A stretch of DNA of 64,000 nucleotides from Waterburya sp. (GTDB lineage: Bacteria > Cyanobacteriota > Cyanobacteriia > Cyanobacteriales > Xenococcaceae), in NCBI GenBank assembly GCA_965217895.1, contig CBDCJV010000002.1, forward strand, positions 2,112,001 to 2,176,000, given 5' to 3'. Below are positions 29,472 through 40,129 of the stretch, piece after piece (within the stretch, counting starts at the first letter, position 1; every line of letters begins with the position of its first letter). Both the position numbers and the translations under genes were made by a program. The notes under the pieces are model-generated. The model worked only from the letters and a program-made list of their open reading frames with translations, was not told the DNA's origin and ran no database searches.

Positions 29472-31262
29472 TTACCTATTTGCTAGTTTCTTAGTTTTCA
29501 ACTTACGCAGACGGATAGATTCGGGAGTTACTTCTACAAGTTCATCAGAACCAATATATTCTAAAGCCCTTTCTAAACTCATTTCTGTGGGTGCTTGAAG
29601 TTGAACTAGCTCGTCTCCGCTAGCTGCACGGTGGTTAGTTAGCTGCTTGGCTTTGCAGACATTGAGGTCTAAATCTTGAGAACGATTGTGTTCACCAACA
29701 ATCATACCCTTATATACTTTAGTACCAGGAGTGATAAAGAATACTCCTCGATCTTCAGCGTTTTTAAGCGCGTAAAATGTTGCCACACCTTCTTCAAAAG
29801 CAATAATTACGCCATTGAAGCGAGTTTCTAGTTCTCCAGAAAAGTGGCGATACTCTAAGAAACTATGGTTCATAATTCCTTCGCCACGAGTTATCCGTAC
29901 AAAATCCCCACGGAAACCAATTAAACCCCTAGCTGGAATAACAAACTCTAGCTGAGTACGTCCACTGCTATTCTGCATATCCTTCATCTCGCCTTTACGC
30001 TGCCCAAGACGCTCAATACAGCTACCAACAGCAGCTTCAGGGACATCTAATACAAGATACTCAAAAGGCTCACAAGGCTTACCGTTGATTTCGCGATAGA
30101 TCACCTGGGGTTGAGATACCTGAAACTCATATCCCTCACGGCGCATGGTTTCAATTAAAATACCTAAATGTAGTTCACCTCTACCTGATACGAGAAATTG
30201 CTCGGCTGATTCTCCGTCTTCGACACGCAGAGCCACATTAGTTTCCAATTCTCGCATCAGGCGATCGCGAATTTGTCTAGAAGTTACAAAATCTCCTTCT
30301 TGTCCTGCAAAAGGTGAATTATTAACCGAGAAAGTCATTTGTAAAGTTGGTTCATCTACCTTAATCAAAGGCAATGCCTGAGGTTCGCTAGGACAAGTAA
30401 TTGTCTCGCCGATATTGGCATCGGCAAAGCCTGCCACAGCGACAATGTTACCAGCACTAGCTTCATCTAATTCCACTCTGGCTAGTCCTTTAAAGCCCAT
30501 GAGCTTAGAAATTTTTGATTTAACAATCTTGCCGTCTTCTTTAATCAGCGCAGCTTGTTGTCCAGCTTTCAAGACTCCGTTGTGGATTCTACCAATAACA
30601 ATCCGACCTAAATAGTCAGAATAGTCGAGAGTAGTAACCTGTAGCTGTAAAGGCTTGTCTGCGTCTCCTGCTGGTGGTGGAACATGATTGAGAATCGCTT
30701 CAAATAAAGGCTTCATATCTACCCCTTCTTCTTCCAGGGTTTCTTTGACGTAACCTTCCAATCCAGAAGCATAAAGGGTGGTAAAGTCGCACTGATCGTC
30801 ATCTGCACCCAACTCCACAAATAGATCGAATACTTTATCTACTGCACCATCGGGGTGAGCGCGAGGGCGATCAATTTTATTGACCACTACAATGGGACGC
30901 AAGCCCTTTTCTAAGGCTTTTTTGAGTACAAAGCGAGTTTGAGGCATTGGTCCTTCGTTGGCATCGACGATTAGTACACAGCCATCCACCATACCCAAGA
31001 CTCGTTCCACTTCTCCACCGAAGTCAGCGTGTCCAGGAGTATCAACAATATTAATTAAGGTATCTTGATAGCTAACAGCGGTATTTTTAGACAGAATTGT
31101 GATTCCTCGCTCTCTTTCGAGGTCATTGGAGTCCATGACACAATCTGGTACGTCTTCCCCCTCGCGGAAAATCCCCGACTGTTTTAGTAATGCGTCTACG
31201 AGAGTGGTTTTACCGTGATCGACGTGGGCAATGATTGCAATGTTACGAATGGGAAGAGACAT
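29472..31262 (-). CDS. typA: Translational GTPase TypA/BipA
   Basis: [35 protein letters not shown]. Confidence 0.98.
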   Translation of the reverse strand: MSLPIRNIAIIAHVDHGKTTLVDALLKQSGIFREGEDVPDCVMDSNDLERERGITILSKNTAVSYQDTLINIVDTPGHADFGGEVERVLGMVDGCVLIVDANEGPMPQTRFVLKKALEKGLRPIVVVNKIDRPRAHPDGAVDKVFDLFVELGADDDQCDFTTLYASGLEGYVKETLEEEGVDMKPLFEAILNHVPPPAGDADKPLQLQVTTLDYSDYLGRIVIGRIHNGVLKAGQQAALIKEDGKIVKSKISKLMGFKGLARVELDEASAGNIVAVAGFADANIGETITCPSEPQALPLIKVDEPTLQMTFSVNNSPFAGQEGDFVTSRQIRDRLMRELETNVALRVEDGESAEQFLVSGRGELHLGILIETMRREGYEFQVSQPQVIYREINGKPCEPFEYLVLDVPEAAVGSCIERLGQRKGEMKDMQNSSGRTQLEFVIPARGLIGFRGDFVRITRGEGIMNHSFLEYRHFSGELETRFNGVIIAFEEGVATFYALKNAEDRGVFFITPGTKVYKGMIVGEHNRSQDLDLNVCKAKQLTNHRAASGDELVQLQAPTEMSLERALEYIGSDELVEVTPESIRLRKLKTKKLANR

Positions 31263-31349
31263 AAAGGTAGTCTATAGACTTTTGTATCGTCAGCTCAAAG
31301 TTTCTTAATAATTATAACTCAGTTCCGTTTTTATTTATATTTAAATGTT

Positions 31350-31847
31350 ATGAGCAGTAAATTTATTAGACGAAAACGCGGCTTTTGGCTAGTTGCTATT
31401 TTGGGTATTATTTTTGATCAAATAACTAAATATTTAGTAGTCCAGAATTTTACTAATGTCCGTGACACTATTCCCTTATGGGAAGGCGTATTTCATTTAA
31501 CTTATGTAATTAATACAGGAGCAGCTTTTAGCTTTTTTACAGGACAGGTAGATATATTACGCTGGGTTTCGCTAATTGTTAGCTTATTATTAGTTATTTT
31601 TGTTTGGTATACTCCAAAATTAACTTTGATTGAGCAACTGGGCTATGGATTTATTTTGTCTGGGGCGGTGGGCAACGGTATTGACCGCTTTTTATTTGGT
31701 TATGTAGTCGATTTTATAGATTTTCGTTTAATCAACTTTCCCGTATTTAATATCGCTGATGTAGCAATCAATATTGGAGTATTACTATTGCTAATTGCCA
31801 GTTTCACTCCACCTCCCAGACCTCAAACAAAGGTCGAGCGAAAATAA
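31350..31847 (+). CDS. lspA: Lipoprotein signal peptidase II
   Basis: DQITK, NTGAAFS, GNGIDR, VVDFI, FNIAD. Confidence 0.96.
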   Translation: MSSKFIRRKRGFWLVAILGIIFDQITKYLVVQNFTNVRDTIPLWEGVFHLTYVINTGAAFSFFTGQVDILRWVSLIVSLLLVIFVWYTPKLTLIEQLGYGFILSGAVGNGIDRFLFGYVVDFIDFRLINFPVFNIADVAINIGVLLLLIASFTPPPRPQTKVERK

Positions 31848-32208
31848 TCCCTGGACTAAAGCTGACTGCACTATTTTCTATATCGACCTCCTTTTAGTCT
31901 CAGTTGAAGGCTAGTATATTTTTATTCCTAGTTTGTGAACGGCAAGCTCATGACATCTCTTGCAAAATTATTTTATGAATATTTGCTCCTGATAATATCA
32001 CCATAGATAAGGATGTCAGATTTAGCAGCAATAGCCTTTTGGCAAACCAAGGAGACATCAATACGGTTCACTAACAAACTTAGTGTTTTGCACCTTGGTC
32101 AAATAAAGAATATCAAGATCAGTTAAAATTCAACCTGGGGTAGTTAATGGACAATAAGCAATTGATAGTTAATTACCTTTTTTAACTTCAAACAGTAAAT
32201 ACCTTTTA

Positions 32209-33033
32209 ATGATCTGGCCGTTTAACAAAACTAAAAAACAAATTGCGCGCATTGAAATCACTGGTGCGATCGCTTCAGAGACTCGTAAACACGTTCTTAA
32301 AGCTTTTAAAACCATTGAGGAAAAGAAATTTCCAGCCCTGCTGTTACGCATCGATTCTCCTGGGGGGACAGTGGCAGATTCTCAAGAAATCTTTGCTGCC
32401 CTTCAACGATTGCAGTCTGAAAAAGACGTTAAGGTTGTCGCTAGCTTTGGCAATATTTCAGCTTCAGGAGGAGTTTATATTGGCGTAGGTGCAAAGCACA
32501 TTGTTTCTAATCCAGGCACAATCACAGGCAGCATTGGGGTAATTCTGCGCGGTAATAATTTAGAACGGTTATTGGACAAAGTAGGAGTTTCTTTTAAGGT
32601 GATTAAATCTGGACCCTACAAAGATATTCTGGCGTTCGACCGCCAATTGACCAGGGAAGAAGAAGTTATTCTCCAACAGTTAATTGATGTTAGTTATAGT
32701 CAGTTTGTCGCCACCGTAGCTAAAGGTCGTGGCTTAGACGAAGAGACAGTCAGAACCTTCGCTGATGGTCGAGTATTTACTGGTGAACAGGCTCTGGAAT
32801 TAGGTTTGGTAGATCGCTTGGGTACAGAAGAAGATGCCCGACGTTGGGCAGCAGAATTAGTCGGGCTAGATTCTGAAAAAACCGAATGCTTTAATATCGA
32901 AGAACCAAAACCGTTTATTAATCGCTTTATTCCTGGTAGAAGCCAAGCTAAGTCTGGCATTGGCATGGCGATAGATTCACTACAGTTCGATCTTACTACT
33001 AGTGGTTTACCTCTGTGGCTATATCGCCCCTAA
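32209..33033 (+). CDS. sppA: Signal peptide peptidase SppA (short form)
   Basis: RIDSPGG, SASGGVY, GSIGV, KSGPYKD. Confidence 0.93.
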   Translation: MIWPFNKTKKQIARIEITGAIASETRKHVLKAFKTIEEKKFPALLLRIDSPGGTVADSQEIFAALQRLQSEKDVKVVASFGNISASGGVYIGVGAKHIVSNPGTITGSIGVILRGNNLERLLDKVGVSFKVIKSGPYKDILAFDRQLTREEEVILQQLIDVSYSQFVATVAKGRGLDEETVRTFADGRVFTGEQALELGLVDRLGTEEDARRWAAELVGLDSEKTECFNIEEPKPFINRFIPGRSQAKSGIGMAIDSLQFDLTTSGLPLWLYRP

Positions 33034-33100
33034 AACTAATTTCAAAAGCTAATAGCTAATAGCTACCTCAACAGACTAATCTTGTTAACCCGAACTTGGG

Positions 33101-34321
33101 TTACATAGCCTTAATTGCTGCTTCTATGGCGATCGCAATATGTGTCCAGTGCGTTCCTCCTTGACAAAAGGCAATATAAGGCTCGCGCAATGGACCATCG
33201 GCTGAGAACTCAGAAGTACTGCCATCTATAAATGTTCCTCCAGCCATTACTAATTTACTCTCATACCCAGGCATCTGGGCAGGAACAGGTTCTAGATAAG
33301 AATCTATAGGGGAGTGTTGTTGAATTGCTTTACAAAAGGCAATCAGCTTTTGAGGAGAACCTAATTGAACAGCTTGAATAATATCTCGACGAGTCACAAG
33401 CGGTAGAGGATTAACTGGATATCCGAGTTTATCAAACACGTAGGCAATTAAATGGCTACCCTTAACCGCTTCGCCTACCATTTGGGGTGCAAGAAACAAT
33501 CCTTGAAACATCAGTCGGTTTTGGTCTAAGGTTGCTCCTCCGCTGCTACCAATTCCTGGTGCGGTCAGACGACAAGTCGCTGCTTCGACTAGTTCTGCTT
33601 TTCCTGCTATGTATCCCCCCGCAGTTACGATAGTTCCTCCAGGATTTTTAATTAATGACCCTGCTATTAAATCTGCACCCACCGCCGTTGGTTCGATATC
33701 TGCCACAAATTCTCCATAACAGTTATCCACTAGGCAAACAGTATTTGAGTTTTGCTGTTTAACTAATTCAACTATTTTTTTGATTTCTTCAATCGATAAA
33801 CTCTCTCGCCAAGAATATCCGCAAGACCTTTGAATCAAAACTAGGCGAGTTTTCTTAGTAACGGCAGTGCTTAACCCTTCCCAATCTATCGTTCCTACTT
33901 CGGTTAAATTTAGTTGGCGATAGTCAATCTGAAAGTCTTTTAAAGAACCCTGATTGTTACCACGCAAACCGATTACTTCTTCTAGGGTATCGTAGGGCGC
34001 ACCAGCCACCGCTAGCATTTCATCACCTGGACGTAGCACGCCATATAGTCCGCAGGCAATCGCTTGAGTGCCAGAAACAAACTGAACTCGCACCGCAGCA
34101 GCTTCTGCATCCATAATTTGCGCAAAAACTTTGTCTAAAGTATCTCGCCCTAAATCATCGTGTCCGTAACCGCTAACGCTAGCAAAATGCTGCACTCCAA
34201 CTCGATGATCGCGAAAAGCTGACAAAACTTTTTTGAGATTTTCCTTGACCTGAGCGTCAATACCAGAAAAAATCGGTATTAGTGCTTTTTCTGCTTCTAG
34301 AAGCAGATTTTCAGTCTTCAT
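33101..34321 (-). CDS. PLP-dependent methionine gamma-lyase-like (YnbB/aluminium-resistance) protein
   Basis: GYGHDDLGRD, DNCYGEF, GSLIKNPGG. Confidence 0.9.
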   Translation of the reverse strand: MKTENLLLEAEKALIPIFSGIDAQVKENLKKVLSAFRDHRVGVQHFASVSGYGHDDLGRDTLDKVFAQIMDAEAAAVRVQFVSGTQAIACGLYGVLRPGDEMLAVAGAPYDTLEEVIGLRGNNQGSLKDFQIDYRQLNLTEVGTIDWEGLSTAVTKKTRLVLIQRSCGYSWRESLSIEEIKKIVELVKQQNSNTVCLVDNCYGEFVADIEPTAVGADLIAGSLIKNPGGTIVTAGGYIAGKAELVEAATCRLTAPGIGSSGGATLDQNRLMFQGLFLAPQMVGEAVKGSHLIAYVFDKLGYPVNPLPLVTRRDIIQAVQLGSPQKLIAFCKAIQQHSPIDSYLEPVPAQMPGYESKLVMAGGTFIDGSTSEFSADGPLREPYIAFCQGGTHWTHIAIAIEAAIKAM

Positions 34322-34344
34322 ACAATTAAAAATTAAATTATTAA

Positions 34345-35172
34345 ATGACAGTTGCTACATCAGAAAAAATCCCACCCGCCTGGGGAACAATCATCTACAT
34401 GGGCATAATTCACTTTATGGCATTATTTGCCCTTGTTCCCAGCAATTTTAGCTGGGGGGCATTAGGAATAGCATTTTTGCTTTACTGTATTACCGCAGGA
34501 GTAGGTATAACTTTAGGATTTCATCGCCTTGTTGCCCATCGCAGCTTTGAAGTTCCCAAATTACTAGAATATATTTTAATTTTTTGTGGCACTTTAGCAG
34601 GTCAAGGCAGCCCTATAGATTGGATCGGCTTACATCGTATCCATCATCAATATTCTGACATGGATTTCGACCCTCATAACTCTCTCAAAGGTTTTTATTG
34701 GAGTCATCTGGGCTGGATGTTGTGCAAAAATCCCGCTAATGAAAAGATCGCTCGCTACACCAATGACATTTCAGGCGATCGCTTTTATCGATTTTGTCAC
34801 TATGGCATGATTCCAATTCAACTTGTCTTAGCTGCCTTGCTCTATTACTTAGGCGGTACTTCCTTTGTAGTTTGGGGTATATTTGTCCGCTTAGTTGTAG
34901 TCTTTCACTGCACTTGGTTTGTTAACAGTGCAACCCATAAATTTGGCTATAAAACCTATGACTCTGGAGATACTTCTCTAAACTGTTGGTGGGTAGCTTT
35001 ATTAACCTTTGGTGAAGGCTGGCACAATAATCATCATGCTTTTCAGTATTCGGCACGGCATGGTTTAAAGCGTTCGGAAATTGACCTAACCTGGATTATG
35101 ATCCAAACTCTAGCCTTTTTTGGTTTGGCGAAGAAGGTTAAACTACCGCCCAAAAAGGCTATTCGAGCCTAA
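34345..35172 (+). CDS. desC: Delta-9 acyl-lipid desaturase
   Basis: HRLVAH, HRIHH and GEGWHNNHH histidine boxes. Confidence 0.92.
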   Translation: MTVATSEKIPPAWGTIIYMGIIHFMALFALVPSNFSWGALGIAFLLYCITAGVGITLGFHRLVAHRSFEVPKLLEYILIFCGTLAGQGSPIDWIGLHRIHHQYSDMDFDPHNSLKGFYWSHLGWMLCKNPANEKIARYTNDISGDRFYRFCHYGMIPIQLVLAALLYYLGGTSFVVWGIFVRLVVVFHCTWFVNSATHKFGYKTYDSGDTSLNCWWVALLTFGEGWHNNHHAFQYSARHGLKRSEIDLTWIMIQTLAFFGLAKKVKLPPKKAIRA

Positions 35173-35179
35173 AATTATT

Positions 35180-35216
35180 AGCGATCGCCTGATACTAGTA
35201 ATATTAGGCGATCGCT
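35180..35216. terminator. Hairpin built from two HIP1 sites between convergent genes
   Basis: agcgatcgcctgatactagtaatattaggcgatcgct. Confidence 0.5.
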
Positions 35217-35250
35217 TTGAAAATATACAAAAGTTGAGCTTTGTTTGAAG

Positions 35251-36777
35251 TTAGACTGCAACTTCGGCAGCTAATGTCTCCAGAGCAAGGTCACTGATAA
35301 GAGCCTGGCCTGCTTCAGTAGGATGAAGAGTATCAAAAAACAAGTATTCATCGGGATTAGCACCAACAGTTGGAGCCATTGTTATGGGGTCTAAGAAAGA
35401 TTCAGTAACGTTAGTCAAACCATATTCTTGAGGATTAGCCACAACATCATCAAATAAAGAATTTACGTCTACAACCGTAACATCAGCACCATTTAAAGTA
35501 TTTTCTAGCTCCTGGACAGTTGAGTCCAAAAGCGAATTATGAGTGTTAGATAATTGAGTCAATTCTTCTGGAGAGCGTCCAAGATTTGGGTTGTCAGCTT
35601 CAGGAATCGCTCCTAAATCTGGTAAATTGAATACCAAAAATTCACGCGCGCCCGAATCGTAAAGTGATTCTACCTCTGTTTCAATGTTATCAACTACTTG
35701 TTCGGGATTGGCATCAGTACCTAAATAGTCATTACTGCCCCCCCACAAAGTATAAAGAGCATTAGGATCTGCTGCTTGGTTAGCCTGTAAATGATCCTGT
35801 ACGAAAAAATCGACCTGTTTTTCCATTCCAGGAATCAAGCTACCTAATTCACCTGTACCGTTAGCTCCAGTAGTTGCCAAACCATAGGCAAAATTGACGC
35901 TTTGATTAGTTGTATTGCCATTGAAGAAAGGACTAACAGCAGGATTTCCTTCAACTACAGTAACTGGACTGAGAACGTCTGAACCTGGACTCACAACTGA
36001 CAACTCAGTAGCAGGAGTTAAGTCGATATTCAGTTCATCTGCTAGGTTATCAATCCAAATTTCCCCATTGGAAAAACGCCCTTCAAAGTAGGGGGGACTG
36101 GGGGGCAGTACAGGAATATCTAACCCCAATGATGCTGAAGTTTCTTGGACAGCAGTTGTGACATTGAAAATATTTCCTGTATCTACTAGGCTATCGCCAA
36201 AAGCATAAATCTTGCTATAGGTATTAGCTTGAGCAGGGTCAAAATCAATCCCTGTCACTGCACCACTACCAGTTAAATCAATATCCAGGCTGGCTACATT
36301 ATTAACATCAAAGTCTATTTCTTGAAAACTGTTATCACCTAAATTCTCAATTTCTACTGTTTCAATCGGGTTAGAATTGTCATCGTAAAACGTAATTGAA
36401 CTCCCAGGCTCGTCAATATCTAGTAACCCGATACTATTGACTGTAGCAACTTCATCAAGCTCAAGACTAATAGTTCCTCCTGCTGCATTGTCGTCAGGAT
36501 CGCTAGCGTTCCCATCCTCGGAAATAATTAGGACATTTCCTAAATCTGTAGCTGAAAGATCCCAATCCTCTCCTGTTATATTGTTGGTATCAAATAACAT
36601 TACCCCAAACTCAGAAGAGCTAGAAAATTCAACGCCATCAAACTGATCTGTAACGATAGTTCCCGCTGCCAAATTATTTTCGTCAAAGTTGACCAAATCC
36701 GATGCTTGCTCTGAGTTGGAATTTGAGCCGATTGGTTCTTCTGAAGTAACATTGAAGTCTGATATTGAATTCATCAT
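35251..36777 (-). CDS. SGNH/GDSL hydrolase with acidic N-terminal domain
   Basis: FGDSLVDTGN, GRFSNG, GSNDY, FDTLHPT. Confidence 0.88.
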   Translation of the reverse strand: MMNSISDFNVTSEEPIGSNSNSEQASDLVNFDENNLAAGTIVTDQFDGVEFSSSSEFGVMLFDTNNITGEDWDLSATDLGNVLIISEDGNASDPDDNAAGGTISLELDEVATVNSIGLLDIDEPGSSITFYDDNSNPIETVEIENLGDNSFQEIDFDVNNVASLDIDLTGSGAVTGIDFDPAQANTYSKIYAFGDSLVDTGNIFNVTTAVQETSASLGLDIPVLPPSPPYFEGRFSNGEIWIDNLADELNIDLTPATELSVVSPGSDVLSPVTVVEGNPAVSPFFNGNTTNQSVNFAYGLATTGANGTGELGSLIPGMEKQVDFFVQDHLQANQAADPNALYTLWGGSNDYLGTDANPEQVVDNIETEVESLYDSGAREFLVFNLPDLGAIPEADNPNLGRSPEELTQLSNTHNSLLDSTVQELENTLNGADVTVVDVNSLFDDVVANPQEYGLTNVTESFLDPITMAPTVGANPDEYLFFDTLHPTEAGQALISDLALETLAAEVAV

Positions 36778-37102
36778 AAATATTTTTTATTTAGCAGTAT
36801 GATTTCGTATCTAATCAATAGACTTAATCATCACTTTTTAATAGCAATTACGGATATAATAATTGCTATTAAATACGCTCAATGTAAATTAAAGATAATT
36901 GTTTGAAATCTTTACCTGAGCTAAATATCGACATATTTATTAAACTCAAACACGGCTTGGTGCCTCAACTCTAAGGACTAAGAGCTAAAAACTAGTAAGT
37001 TAACCTGTGTTCGAGACAAGCTCAAACCATTGTTCTTTCCCTAGCTGAAAATATTATTACTCGGTAAAATTTTCTGCAAAATCGTCTCAACCCGAACTAA
37101 TG

Positions 37103-37687
37103 TTAATTAGAAACTTCTGCCATTTCGATCGTGCGATTTTCGAGATCTTTAACCAAAAAATTCAAAGGGCGATCGCGACGGATCTTATACTTCAAACGTC
37201 TTGACTGAACGCGCATTAATAAAGCTTCCAAACAATCACGGTCGAAGCATACATGACGCTGACGCTCTTTATAGCCACCGCTTGCACCCGCAATAACGTG
37301 GAGTTGAGTGTTTTTTCTCAGTTGATACCACAATCCTTCTGAGCCGTTTTGTTCTGTACTGGTAGGAGTCGCCGACATATATAAAGGATCTAGTCCGCTT
37401 GCTCCCATTGCCTGCTCATAATTGTAGTAATAGTGAAGTGGCACATCAGCAGCAGAAAGCTCCAGCAGCCCTTCATAAAATCTTTGGGCAGTTTGTAGAT
37501 CCGAAACCATTACCGTATATACTTTAGGCGCACTGCTGAGAAACATCCACATTGCTCCTGCATAAGCAACCAGAAGCATGACCATAACGCCTTGGGTAGA
37601 AAATAAACTATCTAAAGCAATTGGCGGTAAAAATGCACCAAGATAATTTGTCATTACTTTACCTGAAAAAACAATATTAGCTATCAT
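37103..37687 (-). CDS. Glyoxalase/VOC-like conserved cyanobacterial protein
   Basis: STQGVMVML, GLWYQL, RHVCFDRDCL. Confidence 0.75.
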   Translation of the reverse strand: MIANIVFSGKVMTNYLGAFLPPIALDSLFSTQGVMVMLLVAYAGAMWMFLSSAPKVYTVMVSDLQTAQRFYEGLLELSAADVPLHYYYNYEQAMGASGLDPLYMSATPTSTEQNGSEGLWYQLRKNTQLHVIAGASGGYKERQRHVCFDRDCLEALLMRVQSRRLKYKIRRDRPLNFLVKDLENRTIEMAEVSN

Positions 37688-37764
37688 TTTGAACCAAAAT
37701 CTTTTAAAACTTATTTTTTATAATCTGATTTAATAATTGTCAATTGTCCATTTTAAATTGTCAA

Positions 37765-38472
37765 TTATTGAGTCAAGCCATGTTGCAGGGCAAATCTCAC
37801 TAGTTCAGTACGGCTATTTGTACCTGTTTTGCCAAAAAGACGACTAACGTATTTTTCGACATTTCTGACGCTGGTTTGCAATTCCCTGGCAATTTCTTTA
37901 TTCATTAAACCTTTCGCCACCAGATCCAAAACACTTTGTTCCCTAGGGGTTAAATCGATTTTAATCGGTGGAGGAGTTACGGTAATTCCACCGCTTCCGC
38001 CTATTTTATCGTCTAGCTTAGCTTTAATCTCTACTAATTCTTTGGCAATTTTTTCTAGTTCAACGCTACTGTCACCACCGCCAGTATTTACTTTGGTTTT
38101 AGACAAGAGGTTTTTAACTATTGCTTCTAATTCCTCTGGATCAAAAGGCTTAGAAAGATAGGCATCACAGCCAGATTCATAACCCTGAATGCGATCGCTT
38201 GTCATGCCTCTGGCAGTTAGAAAAACAACAGGTATAGAACGATAGCGGGGATCTTCTCTAATCTTTGCCAAAAATTCATAGCCATTAACCTCTGGCATCA
38301 TAATATCGGAAATAATCAAGTCAGGAATCTGGGCTTCAATTGTTTGCCAGGCTTCTTCGGCATTACTGGCTACAGTTACTTTCCAGGCTTCATTATCTTC
38401 TAAATATGCTTGCACTGATTCTCTAATACCAGGCTCATCGTCTACAAGTAGCAATTGTTGTTTTTCTGACAT
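37765..38472 (-). CDS. NarL/LuxR-family response regulator (Rre1/Ycf29-like)
   Basis: LVDDEPG, SDIMMP, LTPREQSVL, VRNVEKYVSRL. Confidence 0.9.
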   Translation of the reverse strand: MSEKQQLLLVDDEPGIRESVQAYLEDNEAWKVTVASNAEEAWQTIEAQIPDLIISDIMMPEVNGYEFLAKIREDPRYRSIPVVFLTARGMTSDRIQGYESGCDAYLSKPFDPEELEAIVKNLLSKTKVNTGGGDSSVELEKIAKELVEIKAKLDDKIGGSGGITVTPPPIKIDLTPREQSVLDLVAKGLMNKEIARELQTSVRNVEKYVSRLFGKTGTNSRTELVRFALQHGLTQ

Positions 38473-38777
38473 AGGTTTCTAAATTATGTATTTAGCCATA
38501 TAAAGTCCATGACTATATACATAATAAGACTTATAAGTAAAATTAGAAGCCACATAGCATAATTCCCCATCATTGTTGACAGGGAATTGAGGTATTAAGC
38601 GGTTGTTAGTTATTAACGATCTACTTTTAAAAAGACAATTGATCCTAAATTTGATTGGTAAAAGTATCTTAAATATTAAGTCTGTAGTTCGCCGTCATAA
38701 AAAACTACAAACGACTAACTACCTACTACCTACTACCTACAAGTCAAGTAACCGATACCAAGAGGATTTAGGTTGAT

Positions 38778-39875
38778 TTACTTGGCTTGAATTGTATCTA
38801 GCTTTGCCTGAACCTTCTGTACTACGTTAGCAGGTAAAGGAACATAGCCTAATTCTTTAGCATATTGTTGTCCGTCAGTTAGTGACCAGTTGATTACGTC
38901 CTTCAAACCTTGCAATTTATTAGGATCATCATAATTTTGATATGCCAAAATCCAAGTATAGGTAACAATGGGATAAGAACTTTCTCCTTCGGGATCGGTG
39001 ACAAAAGCCCGTAAATTTTCTGGCAGAGTTGTAGCACTTAAAGCTCCAGCAGCAGACTCATCAGAAGCGGTAACATATTTTCCCGATTTGTTTTCTAAAG
39101 TGGCAAAAGGAATATCCTGCTGTTTGGCATAACCATATTCAACGTAGCCAAGCGAGCCTTCGGTTTGCAGAATTTGAGCCGTTACCCCTTCATTTCCTTT
39201 GGCACCTATACCTGTAGGCCATTCTACGGTTTTACCGTCGCCAACTTTTTGTTCCCATTCAGGACTAATTGCGCTTAGATGTTTGGTAAATACTCCAGTA
39301 GTCCCACTACCGTCAGAACGATGAACTACGGTAATTTTGCTGTCGGGAAGCTTGGCATCAGGGTTAAGAGAGGCGATCGCGGGATCGTTCCATTTGGTAA
39401 TCTTACCCAGTAAAATATTTACATAATCTTGACGAGATAATTTTAATTGGGTCACATCTGGCAAATTATACGCTAGTACAATACTGCCAGCAGTCATAGG
39501 CAACAAAGCTACTCCTCGCTGTACCGCGGCAATTTCTTCATCGGTCATCGCCACGTCACTGGCACCAAAATCCACTGTTCCTTGACTAAACTGCTCAACT
39601 CCAGCACCACTACCAACAGACTGATAAGATACCTGAACATTAGGATTCTGCTTATTGTATTCAGAAAACCAGCGTTGATACAGAGGTGCAGGAAAACTCG
39701 CCCCCGCCCCTGTTAAGGATACGGACTGCCCTCCAGAATTGTTGCTATTAGCATCAGGGGTCGAATTAGTCGGCGGAGCTTGAGTTTGAGTACCACCACA
39801 AGATGTCAGACCTAAGGTAAGAGCTAATACGGGGACTAACCAAACTTTTCGCTTAAGAGAAACTGTAGAAATCAT
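38778..39875 (-). CDS. pstS: Phosphate ABC transporter substrate-binding lipoprotein
   Basis: LTSC lipobox, GAGASFP, SVGSGAG, HRSDGSGTT. Confidence 0.96.
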   Translation of the reverse strand: MISTVSLKRKVWLVPVLALTLGLTSCGGTQTQAPPTNSTPDANSNNSGGQSVSLTGAGASFPAPLYQRWFSEYNKQNPNVQVSYQSVGSGAGVEQFSQGTVDFGASDVAMTDEEIAAVQRGVALLPMTAGSIVLAYNLPDVTQLKLSRQDYVNILLGKITKWNDPAIASLNPDAKLPDSKITVVHRSDGSGTTGVFTKHLSAISPEWEQKVGDGKTVEWPTGIGAKGNEGVTAQILQTEGSLGYVEYGYAKQQDIPFATLENKSGKYVTASDESAAGALSATTLPENLRAFVTDPEGESSYPIVTYTWILAYQNYDDPNKLQGLKDVINWSLTDGQQYAKELGYVPLPANVVQKVQAKLDTIQAK

Positions 39876-40019
39876 ATATATTATATATTGTCTTGCTAAT
39901 TTATTCTGAGTAGTTTTAGATGAGTTAACAATCTGATTTGCTATTACTAGAGGAAAACAAGCGATAAATGCGCTTTTGTTTTCGTAGTTACATTAATTTA
40001 TCTTGTTTCTATTACTCAC

Positions 40020-40049
40020 AGATAAAGAAAAGGTTAACGAAAAATTAAC
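40020..40049 (-). promoter_or_regulatory. Pho box upstream of pstS
   Basis: GTTAATTT-N3-GTTAACCT-N3-CTTTATCT, three units at 11-bp period. Confidence 0.7.
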
Positions 40050-40069
40050 AAAAAATTATTTCAAGTAAT

Positions 40070-40103
40070 AAAAAAGCAAGGTTGGATTTATCAACCTTGC
40101 TTT
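40070..40103 (-). terminator. Rho-independent terminator after the porin gene
   Basis: aaagcaaggttg...caaccttgcttt stem with T tail. Confidence 0.75.
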
Positions 40104-40129
40104 ATATAAGTATTAATTAAATCAGTAGT